Below are positions 1-10,771 of a stretch of DNA of 64,000 nt, piece by piece; position 1 is the stretch's first letter; the number at the start of each line of letters is the position of its first letter. The notes below the pieces were generated by a model that made no database searches, was not told the origin of the DNA, and worked only from the letters and a program-made list of their open reading frames with translations. The stretch lies in assembly GCF_905197185.1 (NCBI RefSeq), contig NZ_CAJJXW010000001.1; one strand, given 5' to 3'. This DNA is from an uncultured Megamonas sp. GTDB lineage: Bacteria; Bacillota; Negativicutes; Selenomonadales; Selenomonadaceae. The translations under genes and the position numbers were made by a program.

Positions 1-700
1 GATGTTTTACCATATTAGCAGCATTTAAAATTAGATTATACGTTGCTACAATATTTAATTTTTCTGGAGAATTATTAAACCAATTAATCAATTCATTTTG
101 CACTGCTGTACGTTTGGTAATGATTAGTGGTTCATTGACTAGATCATCTGGTGTGATGAATTTTTTCTGTGCTAATCGGTGCTTTTCATGAATTAAAATG
201 CCCCATTCTTCTTTTTTAGGTAATCGAATAAAATTGTATTTACTGATATCAACAGGTTCAGTTACTAATCCCATATCTAAAAGACCATTTTCTATACGTT
301 CTTTAATTTCATCTGCAGTAGTACTATGAATATGGAATTTTACTAATGGATGAACTCTATGGAAATCCTTTATTTTTTGAGATAAATATGACATATTTTG
401 AGTTTCCCCACAACCTATAGAAATTTCTCCAACTAAATCATCGCATTCTTTTGTCAATTCTTGTTGTGTTTTTTCCATCAAAGAAATTATTTCTTTAGCA
501 CGACGACGCAATAACATACCATCTTCAGTTAAAATAATGCGATGTTTACTTCGTTGAAATAAAGTTACTCCGAGTTCTTCTTCTAATTGGATAAGTTGTC
601 TAGATAAAGTGGGCTGTGTAATATGCAACAAATTAGCTGCTTTTGTTATATTTTCTTCGCGAGCTACCATTAAAAAATATTTTAATAAACGAAATTCCAT
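1..700 (-). CDS. LysR-family transcriptional regulator (C-terminus runs past the window start)
   Basis: Minus-strand translation from ATG (rc of cat 698-700) gives MEFRLLKYFLMVAREENITKAANLLHITQPTLSRQLIQLEEELG, a classic LysR N-terminal HTH. The ORF stays open to position 1. Confidence 0.85.
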   Translation of the reverse strand, partial: MEFRLLKYFLMVAREENITKAANLLHITQPTLSRQLIQLEEELGVTLFQRSKHRIILTEDGMLLRRRAKEIISLMEKTQQELTKECDDLVGEISIGCGETQNMSYLSQKIKDFHRVHPLVKFHIHSTTADEIKERIENGLLDMGLVTEPVDISKYNFIRLPKKEEWGILIHEKHRLAQKKFITPDDLVNEPLIITKRTAVQNELINWFNNSPEKLNIVATYNLILNAANMVKH

Positions 701-841
701 AAAAGCACCTTCTAAAATTTTTATTTGATGTAATTATAGGATATATAAATATATTTGGCTAGAATTTAATTTGCAGGTATTTATTATTTAATAGCGAATA
801 AATTTTTATAGTGGATAAATTTATGGTTAGGAAGTGGATTT

Positions 842-1789
842 ATGAGTTTAAAATTAGTTGTAGCAGAAACAATAGGTATAGATGAAAAAACTTTGAATGA
901 ATTAGCAAAAGATATTTTACCTCAAGATGTAGAAATCAAGTATTATAATTCTTTAGCAGATAGCGATGAAGAAAAAATCAAACGCTGTAAAGATGCTGAT
1001 GCAGTGATAATAGCTAATAAACCATATAGAGAAAATGTTTTAAAAGCATGTAGTAATTTAAAAATGCTTTCTGTTGCTTTTACTGGTGTAGACCATGTAG
1101 ATATGGATTATTGTCATGAACATGATATCTTAGTTTCTAATTGTTCAGGATATGCAAATGAAGCTGTCAGCGAGCTTGTAATCGGTATGTGTATCAGTCT
1201 ATATAGAAAATTAGCACAATGTAGTGTAGCTACAAAAAATCATGAAACAAGTAATGGTCTTCGCGGGTTAGAACTTTGTCATAAAAAATTTGGTATTATT
1301 GGAGCAGGTGCTATTGGTTTAAAAGTAGCAAAATTAGCTAAAGCTTTTGGTTGTGAAGTATATTGTTATCGCAGACATATTCCTGAAAATAGTGAATTTA
1401 AATTTGTGGATATGGATACTATTTTGAAAGAATGCGATATTATTTCACTGCATATGCCACTTACAAAAGAAACTACATGTATGATAAATGCAGAAAAAAT
1501 TGCTTTAATGAAGAAAAATGCTATTTTAATCAATACAGCTAGAGGAAAAGTTATCGATACGCAAGCTTTAGCTGATGCTTTAAATAAGGGAAAAATTGCT
1601 GGTGCAGGCATTGATGTTTTTGATACAGAACCACCTATTGGAGCAGAAAACCCATTGTTAACTGCAAAAAATATTGTCTTATCTCCACATATTGGATTTG
1701 ATACGCAAGAAGCTATGCAGAAAAGAGCTATTATAGCTTTGGAAAATATTGCAAAATGGATTGAGGGAAAACCACAAAATATTATGTAA
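842..1789 (+). CDS. D-isomer-specific 2-hydroxyacid dehydrogenase (NAD-binding)
   Basis: 315 aa with a GIIGAGAIG Rossmann motif and a catalytic-domain layout typical of the PGDH/glyoxylate reductase family. Confidence 0.8.
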   Translation: MSLKLVVAETIGIDEKTLNELAKDILPQDVEIKYYNSLADSDEEKIKRCKDADAVIIANKPYRENVLKACSNLKMLSVAFTGVDHVDMDYCHEHDILVSNCSGYANEAVSELVIGMCISLYRKLAQCSVATKNHETSNGLRGLELCHKKFGIIGAGAIGLKVAKLAKAFGCEVYCYRRHIPENSEFKFVDMDTILKECDIISLHMPLTKETTCMINAEKIALMKKNAILINTARGKVIDTQALADALNKGKIAGAGIDVFDTEPPIGAENPLLTAKNIVLSPHIGFDTQEAMQKRAIIALENIAKWIEGKPQNIM

Positions 1790-1933
1790 TATTTTATAGA
1801 AGACATTAGAAAATCTATTTATATAAAGGTCTGATTTTATAGGGCTTTATTCTAGCGAATTTATAACTTGTAATCAAAGATACAGATATGCTATTATAGT
1901 ACTAGCAGGTTTAAGTTTGTGGGGAGGATAAAT

Positions 1934-2164
1934 ATGTTATTAACTATTTTGATGATTATAGATGCGTTAGTAGCGATTGGATTGATTGCTTCCGTACTTA
2001 TGCAAGAAGGTAAAACTGCTGGTATGGGAAGTTTATCAGGACAAAATGAGACAGCTTTTAGTAGCAGTGCTCGTGGTATGGATGCTCTAATGGCTCGTTT
2101 TACTGTGTTTTTCGCAGTGCTGTTTATGATAATTACTTTAATCATAGCTAAGATGGTAGCATAA
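1934..2164 (+). CDS. secG: preprotein translocase subunit SecG
   Basis: Small two-TM protein with the LMQEGKTAGMGSLSG motif. A GGAGG RBS precedes ATG 1934, so the ORF-track start at 1919 is probably too early. Confidence 0.7.
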   Translation: MLLTILMIIDALVAIGLIASVLMQEGKTAGMGSLSGQNETAFSSSARGMDALMARFTVFFAVLFMIITLIIAKMVA

Positions 2165-2286
2165 AAAATTATTCTCTATCTATTTGAATTAATTTGAAGT
2201 AGATAGGGAATTTTTTTTATCATAGAATTTAACATTTTGATTATTAATTTATTTTAATAATATTTTTAGATTTAGGAGGTATTTTT

Positions 2287-3021
2287 ATGATTATTAGTGG
2301 TGCAGAGCCATTTTTATTACCTGGAGGTTCAAAAGGTGTATTATTGATACATGGATTTACAGGCTCGCCTTCTGAAATGATATTATTAGGAAATTATTTA
2401 TATAGACAAGGCTATACTGTGCTAGGTGTGCGATTGGCTGGTCATGGTACAACTGTAGAGGAAATGGCTCATACAAATTGGCATGAATGGTATCACAGTG
2501 CGTGTGATGGATATCATTTATTACGCGGTATATGTAGTGAGATTTCTGTTATTGGTTTATCCATGGGTGGTTTATTAGCTATGAGAATTGGTAGAGATTT
2601 TCCTGTAAAGAAAATAATCTCAATGTCTGCTCCTGTATATATAGCTAATGAACGCAATTTAAGATTTTTACCACCACTTGAAAAATCAGTGGGACGATAT
2701 CAACGTAAAAATAGAAGAGAATTACCTGAACTAGCTAAGAGATATAATGTATCTTATAATAAAATGCCTCTTGTCTGCGTTCATCAATTATTAGATATAA
2801 TAGCAAAAACAAAAGAAATTCTACCAGAAATTTCTAAACCAATATTAATTGTTCAAAGTAAAAATGATCACACTGTTAAAGAAGAAAGTGGTCAGTATAT
2901 TTATGATCATGTTGGCAGTAAAGACAAAGAATTATTTAAATTGAATTTTTCTGGTCATTTAGTAACTTTGGATATTGAACATGATAAATTATTTAGCAAG
3001 ATTGAAGATTTTTTGAAATAA
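2287..3021 (+). CDS. alpha/beta-fold carboxylesterase/lipase
   Basis: HGFTGSP oxyanion region and GLSMGG nucleophile elbow. 244 aa. Confidence 0.75.
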   Translation: MIISGAEPFLLPGGSKGVLLIHGFTGSPSEMILLGNYLYRQGYTVLGVRLAGHGTTVEEMAHTNWHEWYHSACDGYHLLRGICSEISVIGLSMGGLLAMRIGRDFPVKKIISMSAPVYIANERNLRFLPPLEKSVGRYQRKNRRELPELAKRYNVSYNKMPLVCVHQLLDIIAKTKEILPEISKPILIVQSKNDHTVKEESGQYIYDHVGSKDKELFKLNFSGHLVTLDIEHDKLFSKIEDFLK

Positions 3022-3054
3022 ATTATTTGGAGATTTTAGATAGAGGATAAATTT

Positions 3055-5541
3055 ATGAATTTACAAGAAAAAATAATGGAATATATGCAAACTAAGGCTA
3101 AAAGACCGATGAGTCAAGAAGATTTATTATATGCTTTAGCTTTAGAAGCAGATGAAATAAGACAATTGCCAACTGCTATGGAAGAATTAGAGAAGAAAAA
3201 TTTACTCATTCAAAATAGAAGTGGTTTATTTGGTTTGCCAAAACATATGAATTTAGTTGTAGGTAAAATGAGCATCACGTCTAAAGGCTTTGGCTTTGTT
3301 ATTCCAGATAATGGATTAGAAGAAGGCAAAGCTAAAGTTGATGATATTTTCATTCCTGCTGGTATGTTAAATTCAGCGATGAATAATGATAAAGTATTAG
3401 TACGCATCACTACTGAAAGAAGTAATTTTTCTAAGCGTGAAGGTGAAGTAATTCGCATTTTAGAGCGTGCTAATAATAAAGTTGTAGGTACTTTTGAGAG
3501 CAGTAGAACTTTTGGTTTTGTAGTTCCAGATGATAATCGTTTAAATCAAGATATTTTTATTGAAGGTCGTAATTTTAATGGAGCAAAAGTGGGCATGAAA
3601 GTAGTGGCTGAAATCACTAAATGGCCTACGAAAAATCACAGTCCAGAAGGTAAGATTGTAGAAGTTTTGGGGAAAATAGGTGCTCCTGGTGTAGATATTT
3701 TATCTGTAATGCGTCAATATGATTTGGCAGAGCAATTTCCTGTAGATGTACAAGAAGAAGCTAAACAAATTGAACAAGTACCTAGTAAAGCAGAATGTAA
3801 TAAACGTAAAGATAGACGCCATTTACAAATAGTAACTATTGATGGTGAAGATGCTAAGGACTTAGATGATGGTGTTTATGCTGAAAAATTGCCAAATGGT
3901 AATTTTTTCTTAGGTGTGTATATTGCTGATGTCAGTCATTATGTAAAAGCTTTTTCACCTTTAGATAAAGAAGCTTATAATCGTGGTACAAGTGTATATT
4001 TGGCGGATAGAGTTATTCCTATGTTACCTGTAGAATTATCTAATGGTATCTGTAGTTTAAATGCTGGTGAAGATAGACTTTCCATGTGTGCGGAAATGGA
4101 AATCGACGCAAATGGTACTGTGATCAAATACGATATTTTCCCTACAGTTATTCATGTATATCGCCGATTAACTTATAAGTTAGTAAATCGTATCTTAGTA
4201 GAAAAAGATACGCAAATGGTTGAAGATAACCAAGATATTTTGCCATTGTTGCATAATTTAGAAGCAGTATATAAAGTTTTAAATAAACGACGTCAAATGC
4301 GTGGCTCTATAGATTTTGATATTCCTGAAGTTAAAGTAAAATTAAATGCTAAAGGTCAAGCTGTAGGCCTTGTAAAACGTGAACATGGCTTAGGTGAATC
4401 TATCATTGAAGAATGTATGTTAGTGGCGAATGAAACCGTAGCTGAACATATGGCTAGAAAAGAATTGCCTTTTATTTATCGTGTGCATGAAGAACCTGTA
4501 GAAGATAAAATGTTTGCCTTAAATGAATTATTGGCTAATTTTAATTTACATCTTAATCGCAATACTGAAGGTGAAATTGAGCCTAGAGCTATTCAAGAAG
4601 TATTAAATTCTATAAAAGGAAAACCAGAAGAAAAAATCATTTCTGCTGTAGCTTTACGTAGTATGCAACAAGCTAAGTATAAGGCAGAAAATTTGGGGCA
4701 TTTTGGTTTGGCTGCTAAATATTATACGCATTTTACTTCACCGATTAGACGTTATCCAGATTTAATCGTTCATCGTTTATTAAAAGAACAATTAAGTGGA
4801 AAAATGACAGCAGAACGTCAAGAAAAGTTAAAATCAAGATTACCTGAAGTAGCTACACATACATCTAAACAAGAACGAGTGGCTACAGAAGCGGAACGCG
4901 AGACAACTTTAATTAAAGAAATCGAATATATGGCTCGTTTCTTGGGTGATGAATTCCATGGTATTATCAGTGGTGTTACAGCTTTTGGCATTTTTGTAGA
5001 ATTAGATAATGGTGTCGAAGGTCTAGTTCATGTATCTACTATGGTAAATGATTATTATGAATATGTAGAAAAAGAATATGCTCTTGTTGGTGAAATGACT
5101 AATTTCAGATATCGTTTAGGTGATGAAGTAACTGTTATTTTGACAAGGGCAAGTATAAAAGAGCGTGCTATTGATTTTATCTTAAAAGATAATGGTAAAA
5201 TGCCTCTTGTTTTTGAAGATGATATAATCGCTAAACCATTTTTTACAGAAATTAATAATAATGTAAAAAAAGATTTAAAGATAAAAGAAAATTTTGCTAG
5301 AGAAAATAAAGCTAGTAAAAAGCAAGCGGATAAATATAAACGCAAAAAACGTAAAGATAAAGAGCATAAAAAAATAGAGGAGAAAAAGAAAAAATCTATT
5401 ACTAAGATAGAAAGCAAGAAAAAAGATAACAAGAAAAGTGCTTTTTATGATAAAATCTATACGAAGAAATCTCGCAAAAAAAGTGGATCTAAAGAACGTG
5501 TGCGAGATAGAGTTTCAAAAGGCAAACGCCGTAAGAAATAA
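3055..5541 (+). CDS. rnr: ribonuclease R with a Lys-rich C-terminal tail
   Basis: 828 aa. RNB-domain motifs (DGEDAKDLDDGV, cold-shock/S1 regions) and a conserved smpB neighbour. Confidence 0.92.
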   Translation: MNLQEKIMEYMQTKAKRPMSQEDLLYALALEADEIRQLPTAMEELEKKNLLIQNRSGLFGLPKHMNLVVGKMSITSKGFGFVIPDNGLEEGKAKVDDIFIPAGMLNSAMNNDKVLVRITTERSNFSKREGEVIRILERANNKVVGTFESSRTFGFVVPDDNRLNQDIFIEGRNFNGAKVGMKVVAEITKWPTKNHSPEGKIVEVLGKIGAPGVDILSVMRQYDLAEQFPVDVQEEAKQIEQVPSKAECNKRKDRRHLQIVTIDGEDAKDLDDGVYAEKLPNGNFFLGVYIADVSHYVKAFSPLDKEAYNRGTSVYLADRVIPMLPVELSNGICSLNAGEDRLSMCAEMEIDANGTVIKYDIFPTVIHVYRRLTYKLVNRILVEKDTQMVEDNQDILPLLHNLEAVYKVLNKRRQMRGSIDFDIPEVKVKLNAKGQAVGLVKREHGLGESIIEECMLVANETVAEHMARKELPFIYRVHEEPVEDKMFALNELLANFNLHLNRNTEGEIEPRAIQEVLNSIKGKPEEKIISAVALRSMQQAKYKAENLGHFGLAAKYYTHFTSPIRRYPDLIVHRLLKEQLSGKMTAERQEKLKSRLPEVATHTSKQERVATEAERETTLIKEIEYMARFLGDEFHGIISGVTAFGIFVELDNGVEGLVHVSTMVNDYYEYVEKEYALVGEMTNFRYRLGDEVTVILTRASIKERAIDFILKDNGKMPLVFEDDIIAKPFFTEINNNVKKDLKIKENFARENKASKKQADKYKRKKRKDKEHKKIEEKKKKSITKIESKKKDNKKSAFYDKIYTKKSRKKSGSKERVRDRVSKGKRRKK

Positions 5542-5571
5542 ATATTTTAGATAATAAGTAAGGTTGATTTT

Positions 5572-6045
5572 ATGGGAAAGAAAAATGCAAGTGTAAAAAT
5601 TGTTTGTGAAAATAGAAAGGCTCGTCATGATTATTTTATTCATGAAACATATGAAGCTGGAATTGTTTTAGTGGGTACAGAAGTTAAATCTCTTCGTGCT
5701 GGTAAAGCTAATTTAAAAGATAGCTTTGCTAAAATCAAAAATAATGAAATCTTTTTAGATAATATGCACATCAGCCCTTATGAACAGGGAAATATTTTCA
5801 ATCATGATCCACTTCGTGCTAGAAAATTACTGATGCATAAAATGGAAATAGTGAAATTATCCAGTAAGATCAAAGAAAAAGGTTTTACGTTAGTACCATT
5901 AAAAGTTTATTTTAGCAAAGGTAGAGCAAAAGTTGCTTTAGGTCTTGCTACTGGTAAGAAAAATTATGATAAACGTCAAGCTTTAGCAGAAAAAGCTGCC
6001 AAACGTGATGTTGAACGTGCATTGAAGGAACGTCAAAAATATTAA
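5572..6045 (+). CDS. smpB: SsrA-binding protein SmpB
   Basis: 157 aa starting with the N-terminal [11 protein letters not shown] motif, immediately downstream of rnr. Confidence 0.92.
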   Translation: MGKKNASVKIVCENRKARHDYFIHETYEAGIVLVGTEVKSLRAGKANLKDSFAKIKNNEIFLDNMHISPYEQGNIFNHDPLRARKLLMHKMEIVKLSSKIKEKGFTLVPLKVYFSKGRAKVALGLATGKKNYDKRQALAEKAAKRDVERALKERQKY

Positions 6046-6077
6046 ATATAGCTAAGTGAGATGGTGATTAATTATTT

Positions 6078-7112
6078 ATGTGGGAAAAGATAAAATCTAT
6101 ATTAACTACTACTAAATATCAAGTTCGAATTGGCTTGGCTGTAGTATTAATATTTTTAGGCGGATATAATTTATTTTTCATCGGTGATGATGAAGGTCAT
6201 GGCGATAATATTTCTATAAATATAGAAAGTGGCATGTCTACAGCAGAAATTGCTCAAAATTTGCAAGAACATGCTATAATAAACAATGGTCTTGGTTTTC
6301 GCATTTTAGCTCGCTTGGAAGGTAAAGATACCCAATTTAAAGAAGGAATTTATTATTTTCGCGTAGGTATGAATATAAATTCTGTACTTGATAGATTGGT
6401 TCAAGGACCAGAAAGTCAAGTGGTGAGAATAACTATTCCAGAAGGTTTCACTGTAGAAGATATTGCTAATTTATTAGAAAAAGAAAATTTGACTACAAAA
6501 GAAGAATTTTGTAAGGTAGCAAAAGATTATACTCCATATGATTATATGAAAGAAGCTACAGAAAATAAGGATATCAAATATGCTGTAGAGGGTTTTTTAT
6601 TTCCTGATACTTACGATATTGATAGGTCTTATGGTGCAAAACAAATCATGCAAATCATGGTAGATAATTTTGACCATAGATTAAATAGTAAAATGCGTGA
6701 ACGTGCTAAAGAGGAAAATTTATCTATTTTTAAATTAGTAACTATGGCATCTTTAGTGGAAAAAGAAGCTAAGTTTGCAGAAGATAGACCAATTATTGCT
6801 GATGTATTTTTCAAACGACTAGAAAATCATATGATGTTACAATCTGATGCGACTATCCAATATGCTTTAGATGAACATAAGGAAGAATTTAGCATTGAAG
6901 ATACAAAGCTTGATTCTCCATATAATACGTATCAACATGAAGGTTTGACGCCAGGCCCTATTGGAAATCCTGGTCTTGCTTCTATTGAGGCTGTGTTATA
7001 TCCAGCAAATACAGATTATTTGTATTTTGTGGCAGATAGTGAAGGGCATAATCATTATAGTGTAACGTATGATGAACATTTAAAAGTTATTGATGAAATA
7101 TATGGTGAATAA
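6078..7112 (+). CDS. mltG: endolytic murein transglycosylase MltG (YceG family)
   Basis: N-terminal TM followed by a YceG-like domain. Shares the yrrL-yrrM-yrrN synteny seen in Bacillus. Confidence 0.85.
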   Translation: MWEKIKSILTTTKYQVRIGLAVVLIFLGGYNLFFIGDDEGHGDNISINIESGMSTAEIAQNLQEHAIINNGLGFRILARLEGKDTQFKEGIYYFRVGMNINSVLDRLVQGPESQVVRITIPEGFTVEDIANLLEKENLTTKEEFCKVAKDYTPYDYMKEATENKDIKYAVEGFLFPDTYDIDRSYGAKQIMQIMVDNFDHRLNSKMRERAKEENLSIFKLVTMASLVEKEAKFAEDRPIIADVFFKRLENHMMLQSDATIQYALDEHKEEFSIEDTKLDSPYNTYQHEGLTPGPIGNPGLASIEAVLYPANTDYLYFVADSEGHNHYSVTYDEHLKVIDEIYGE

Positions 7113-7136
7113 ATAATAATTAAGAGGAATTAAAAC

Positions 7137-7739
7137 GTGGAAGCTTTATTTAAGCAAATGGAAGATTTTGCAAAAGAAAATAAAGTACCAATCATCAATG
7201 AAAACGGCAGAAAAGTTTTTATTGATATAATAAAAAAATATAAGCCACAAAGAGTTTTAGAAATTGGTACTGCGATAGGATATTCTGCACTATTAACTAT
7301 TTATTATGGTGCAGAAAATGCAAAGATTATTTCTTTGGAATTAGATGAGGATCGTGCAACACAAGCTCAAAATTTTATAAATCAATCTAAATACAAGGAT
7401 CAGATTGAAATAATCTTAGGTGATGCTGCTGAAAATATAGGAAAGCTAGATAAAAATTATAAATTTGATATGGTTTTTATCGATGCAGCGAAAGGGCAAT
7501 ATCCTGATTATTTAAAAAAAGTATTGCCATTATTAGCTGATGATGGAATTATCTTGGCTGATAATGTATTATTCCGTGGATATGTAATGAGTGAAGAAAA
7601 GCCCCCTCGTCGATATAAGACTATTGTAAAAAGATTGCGTGAATACATTGCTATGGTAAGTGATACAGATAAATTTACAACAGAGATTTTTGAAAATGGC
7701 GATGGCTTAGCTTTAACTAAAAGATTGAAAACTAATTAA
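7137..7739 (+). CDS. class I SAM-dependent O-methyltransferase (YrrM-like)
   Basis: VLEIGTAIGYS SAM-binding motif. GTG start with an upstream RBS. Sits in the conserved position after mltG. Confidence 0.8.
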   Translation: MEALFKQMEDFAKENKVPIINENGRKVFIDIIKKYKPQRVLEIGTAIGYSALLTIYYGAENAKIISLELDEDRATQAQNFINQSKYKDQIEIILGDAAENIGKLDKNYKFDMVFIDAAKGQYPDYLKKVLPLLADDGIILADNVLFRGYVMSEEKPPRRYKTIVKRLREYIAMVSDTDKFTTEIFENGDGLALTKRLKTN

Positions 7740-7754
7740 TTATTTGGAGGAACA

Positions 7755-8999
7755 ATGCAAAATACAATAAAAAAACCTGAATTATTAGCACCAGCAGGAA
7801 ATTTAGAAAAATTGAAAATGGCTATTTTATATGGAGCAGATGCTGTATATCTTGGCGGAAAACGTTTTGGGCTTCGTGCTTATGGCGGTAATTTTTCTAA
7901 AGAAGAAATGATTGAAGGCGTTAAATTTGCTCATGAACGTGGTAGAAAAGTTTATGTAACAGCAAATATTTTTCCGCATAATAATGATATAAATGAGATT
8001 TTACCATATCTACAAGAATTGGTAGAGGTTGGAGTTGATGCTGTTTTAGTATCTGATATTGGTTTATTCATGCTCATAAAAAATGAAGTACCTGGTCTTG
8101 AAGTACATGTTAGTACACAGGCTAATAATACTAATTGGAGAGCTGTCAAAGCATGGCAAGATTTAGGAGCAGAACGCGTTGTATTAGCTCGTGAACTTTC
8201 CTTTGCTGAAATAAAGGAAATTCGCGAAAAAACTGATGTAGAATTAGAAATGTTTGTACATGGTGCAATGTGTATTTCTTATTCTGGTCGTTGCTTAATC
8301 AGTAATTATTTAACAGGTAGAGATTCTAATCGTGGAGCATGCACACAACCTTGCCGTTGGAAATATAATTTGACTGAAGAAAAACGTCCTGGTCAATTTT
8401 TCCCTGTAACTGAAGATGAAAATGGAACATATTTCTTTAATTCTAAAGATATGTGTTTGCTTCCTTATCTAAAAGACATCATTGAATGTGGTGTAGATAG
8501 TTTAAAAATTGAAGGTCGTATGAAATCTATTCATTATGTAGCTAGCGTAGTAAGTGCATATCGTCATGCTATTGATAGTTATTTTGAAAATCCAGAAGAA
8601 TTTACGATCAAACAAGAATGGATAGATGAATTAAATAAAGTTTCTCATCGTGAATATACAAGTGGTTTCTCTTATCATAAAACTTCTTGTGATGATCAAA
8701 TCTATAATACAACATCTTATGAACATACATCTGATTTTGTAGGCTTAGTACTTGATTATGATGAAGAAACAAAAATTGCTACTATACAGCAACGTAATCA
8801 TTTAACCGTTGGACAAGAAATAGAATTCTTCCAGCCTGATGCACCTTTATTTAAACAAACTATTACAGAAATGTTTAATGATGAAGGTATTTCCATAGAA
8901 GTAGCACCACATCCACAACAGATTATAACTATGAAAATGGATAAGCCTGTTGTGCCATATACAATTTTAAGACGTGATGTAGTTACTGAAGAAAATTAA
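7755..8999 (+). CDS. peptidase U32 family protein (collagenase-like, YrrN/YrrO-type)
   Basis: 414 aa with the E-x-F-x-H-G-A-x-C U32 signature (EMFVHGAMCISYSGRC). Confidence 0.85.
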   Translation: MQNTIKKPELLAPAGNLEKLKMAILYGADAVYLGGKRFGLRAYGGNFSKEEMIEGVKFAHERGRKVYVTANIFPHNNDINEILPYLQELVEVGVDAVLVSDIGLFMLIKNEVPGLEVHVSTQANNTNWRAVKAWQDLGAERVVLARELSFAEIKEIREKTDVELEMFVHGAMCISYSGRCLISNYLTGRDSNRGACTQPCRWKYNLTEEKRPGQFFPVTEDENGTYFFNSKDMCLLPYLKDIIECGVDSLKIEGRMKSIHYVASVVSAYRHAIDSYFENPEEFTIKQEWIDELNKVSHREYTSGFSYHKTSCDDQIYNTTSYEHTSDFVGLVLDYDEETKIATIQQRNHLTVGQEIEFFQPDAPLFKQTITEMFNDEGISIEVAPHPQQIITMKMDKPVVPYTILRRDVVTEEN

Positions 9000-9046
9000 A
9001 TAAAAAAAGCGTTATAATCATTTATTTACAGATTATAACGCTTTTT

Positions 9047-9376
9047 TTATTGAGATAGTTTCATTTGATAAGCTTCGCCCCAAGTTTTCATTGCTTCTAG
9101 AATAGGTTTTAAACTAATACCTGTTTCGGTTAAAGTGTATTCAACACGTGGAGGAACTTCAGCATATACTGTTCGATAAATAAGACCGTTTTTTTCCATA
9201 TCTCTTAATTGAGTTGTTAACACTTTTTGAGAAATATTTCCTAGAGATTTTTTTAGTTCACCAAATCTTTTTGTTCCTGAAGCTAAATCACGTAAAATTA
9301 ATACTTTCCATTTATCACCTATTAACATAAGTGTTGTTTCTACAGGACATTGGGGTAAATTTTTTGTTTTTAGCAT
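9047..9376 (-). CDS. HxlR-family transcriptional regulator
   Basis: CPVETTLMLIGDKWKVLILRDL winged-helix HxlR motif. The likely start is the internal M (MLKTKN), which makes the ORF-track N-terminus an over-extension. Confidence 0.75.
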   Translation of the reverse strand: MLKTKNLPQCPVETTLMLIGDKWKVLILRDLASGTKRFGELKKSLGNISQKVLTTQLRDMEKNGLIYRTVYAEVPPRVEYTLTETGISLKPILEAMKTWGEAYQMKLSQ

Positions 9377-9607
9377 AATATGTTCACCATTTCTAGATAA
9401 ATTATTATTTATTATATAAATGAAAATTAAGAAAGTCAATTTATGAATTATATTTAAAAATTTTTATCTATAAAAAATCCTATAGTTTATATAATTGTTA
9501 CTTAGAGGTAACTAAATAACAAAAAAGTGCTTACTTTACAGCTATATATAGCGAGTATAAAATAAGTTTTGCAAAGATAAAGCAGTTAAATTTTTTAGGA
9601 GGTTTTT

Positions 9608-10006
9608 ATGATGAAAAAAGTAATTGAATTTTTACAGCAAAATCCTGTACAATATCTTGCTACAGTTGGTAGAGATGGCAAAGCAAAATGTAGACCATTT
9701 ATGTTTGTTTTGGCAACAGATAATAAACTTTGGTTTAGCACAAATAATACTAAAGATGTTTATAAAGATATGCAAAAAAATCCATATATTGAAATATCTA
9801 TTGCTTCTCCTCAATATGCATGGCTTCGTTTAAATGGAAAAGTTGTTTTTGAAGAAAATAAGGAAATAAAAGAAGCTTGTATGAATAATCCTATTATTAA
9901 AAGTCAGTATAAAACAGCAGATAATCCTATTTTTAAAGTATTTTATCTAGAAAATCCTCATGGCACAATAGCTGATTTTTCTGGCAGAGAACCATATGTT
10001 TTTTGA
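9608..10006 (+). CDS. pyridoxamine 5'-phosphate oxidase-like FMN-binding protein
   Basis: 132 aa split-barrel PNPOx-like fold pattern. Divergent from the hxlR-like regulator, which is a common pairing. Confidence 0.6.
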   Translation: MMKKVIEFLQQNPVQYLATVGRDGKAKCRPFMFVLATDNKLWFSTNNTKDVYKDMQKNPYIEISIASPQYAWLRLNGKVVFEENKEIKEACMNNPIIKSQYKTADNPIFKVFYLENPHGTIADFSGREPYVF

Positions 10007-10060
10007 GTAAAAAAGCAAGATACTAAGTAATTGTATCTTGCTTTTCTATTAAAATGATTT

Positions 10061-10771
10061 TTATTCAAAATATAGATATACACCTAGTATACCTTGTTTT
10101 TGAGATATCCAGATGGTATTTTCTTTGCTATCTATTTCATTGCTGACAGCATAAGGAAGATTATTATTGAGCATGACTTGGTCAAGTGGCCAATATACAC
10201 CATCAATACTGACACCACTAGACGTACCACATAAAGGAAGAAGAGAAATAGCTTTAGGATGTTGTTTGAGATTTAATGTTAAGTGTTCTTCATTATGTAA
10301 AAAGAACAATATTTCCTTATCATCGGCGATACAGCCATAAAAATTTGATTTTAACATACCGTTAAAGCTGAATATACTGCTAAAAGCATGGTCAAAGCGT
10401 CCACCCCATGCACCTGTTAAAATAACAGTTGATGCAGGATATTTATCATCTATTATTTGTAGTGCTAATTGTGTATCAGTAACATCTTTTTTGGTGGGAA
10501 CTTTTGTTATAGTTACATTGTTATCCACTGCCCATTGCCATGCTTCAGAAGAGGCACTATCACCATCACCTATCAATTGGACTGGTTTGATATTTGCTTG
10601 CTTACAGATATCTATACCATGGTCAGCACAAAACACGTCTTTTCCTTCACTGATAGATTTTAACCATTGTGCATCAGGAGCATTACCTCCGCTCACTAAA
10701 ATTATTTGATTTTCAGGTATTTTATAACCAAATTTTGCTATTAATTGGGGAAGTTCAAGTATATTATTCAT
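10061..10771 (-). CDS. thiamine pyrophosphokinase
   Basis: VSGGNAP...ADHG...GDGDS...GAWGGRFDH motifs are characteristic of TPK catalytic and B1-binding domains. Confidence 0.75.
   Translation of the reverse strand: MNNILELPQLIAKFGYKIPENQIILVSGGNAPDAQWLKSISEGKDVFCADHGIDICKQANIKPVQLIGDGDSASSEAWQWAVDNNVTITKVPTKKDVTDTQLALQIIDDKYPASTVILTGAWGGRFDHAFSSIFSFNGMLKSNFYGCIADDKEILFFLHNEEHLTLNLKQHPKAISLLPLCGTSSGVSIDGVYWPLDQVMLNNNLPYAVSNEIDSKENTIWISQKQGILGVYLYFE

Noticed and set aside
1366-1806. 146-aa minus-strand ORF inside the 2-hydroxyacid dehydrogenase gene. The same pattern recurs at 1894-2145, 3210-3458, 5055-5432, 6629-6814, 7952-8149, 9624-9833, 10469-10878 and other antisense or overlapping short ORFs in the track.
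   Set aside because: These lie entirely inside well-supported genes on the opposite strand or in another frame. They are low-complexity, Phe/Ile/Leu-rich translations typical of AT-rich antisense sequence, with no RBS.
5541-6080. Looked for a tmRNA (ssrA) gene near smpB and for tRNA genes in all intergenic spaces.
   Set aside because: No tRNA-like T-arm (GTTCGAATC/GTTCAAATC) or tmRNA tag-reading-frame features were seen. No RNA gene is claimed.
9047-9439. Full-length 130-aa HxlR ORF starting at 9439.
   Set aside because: The N-terminal 21 residues are low-complexity (MTFLIFIYIINNNL...) and the HxlR family starts at the internal Met. The start was trimmed to 9376.
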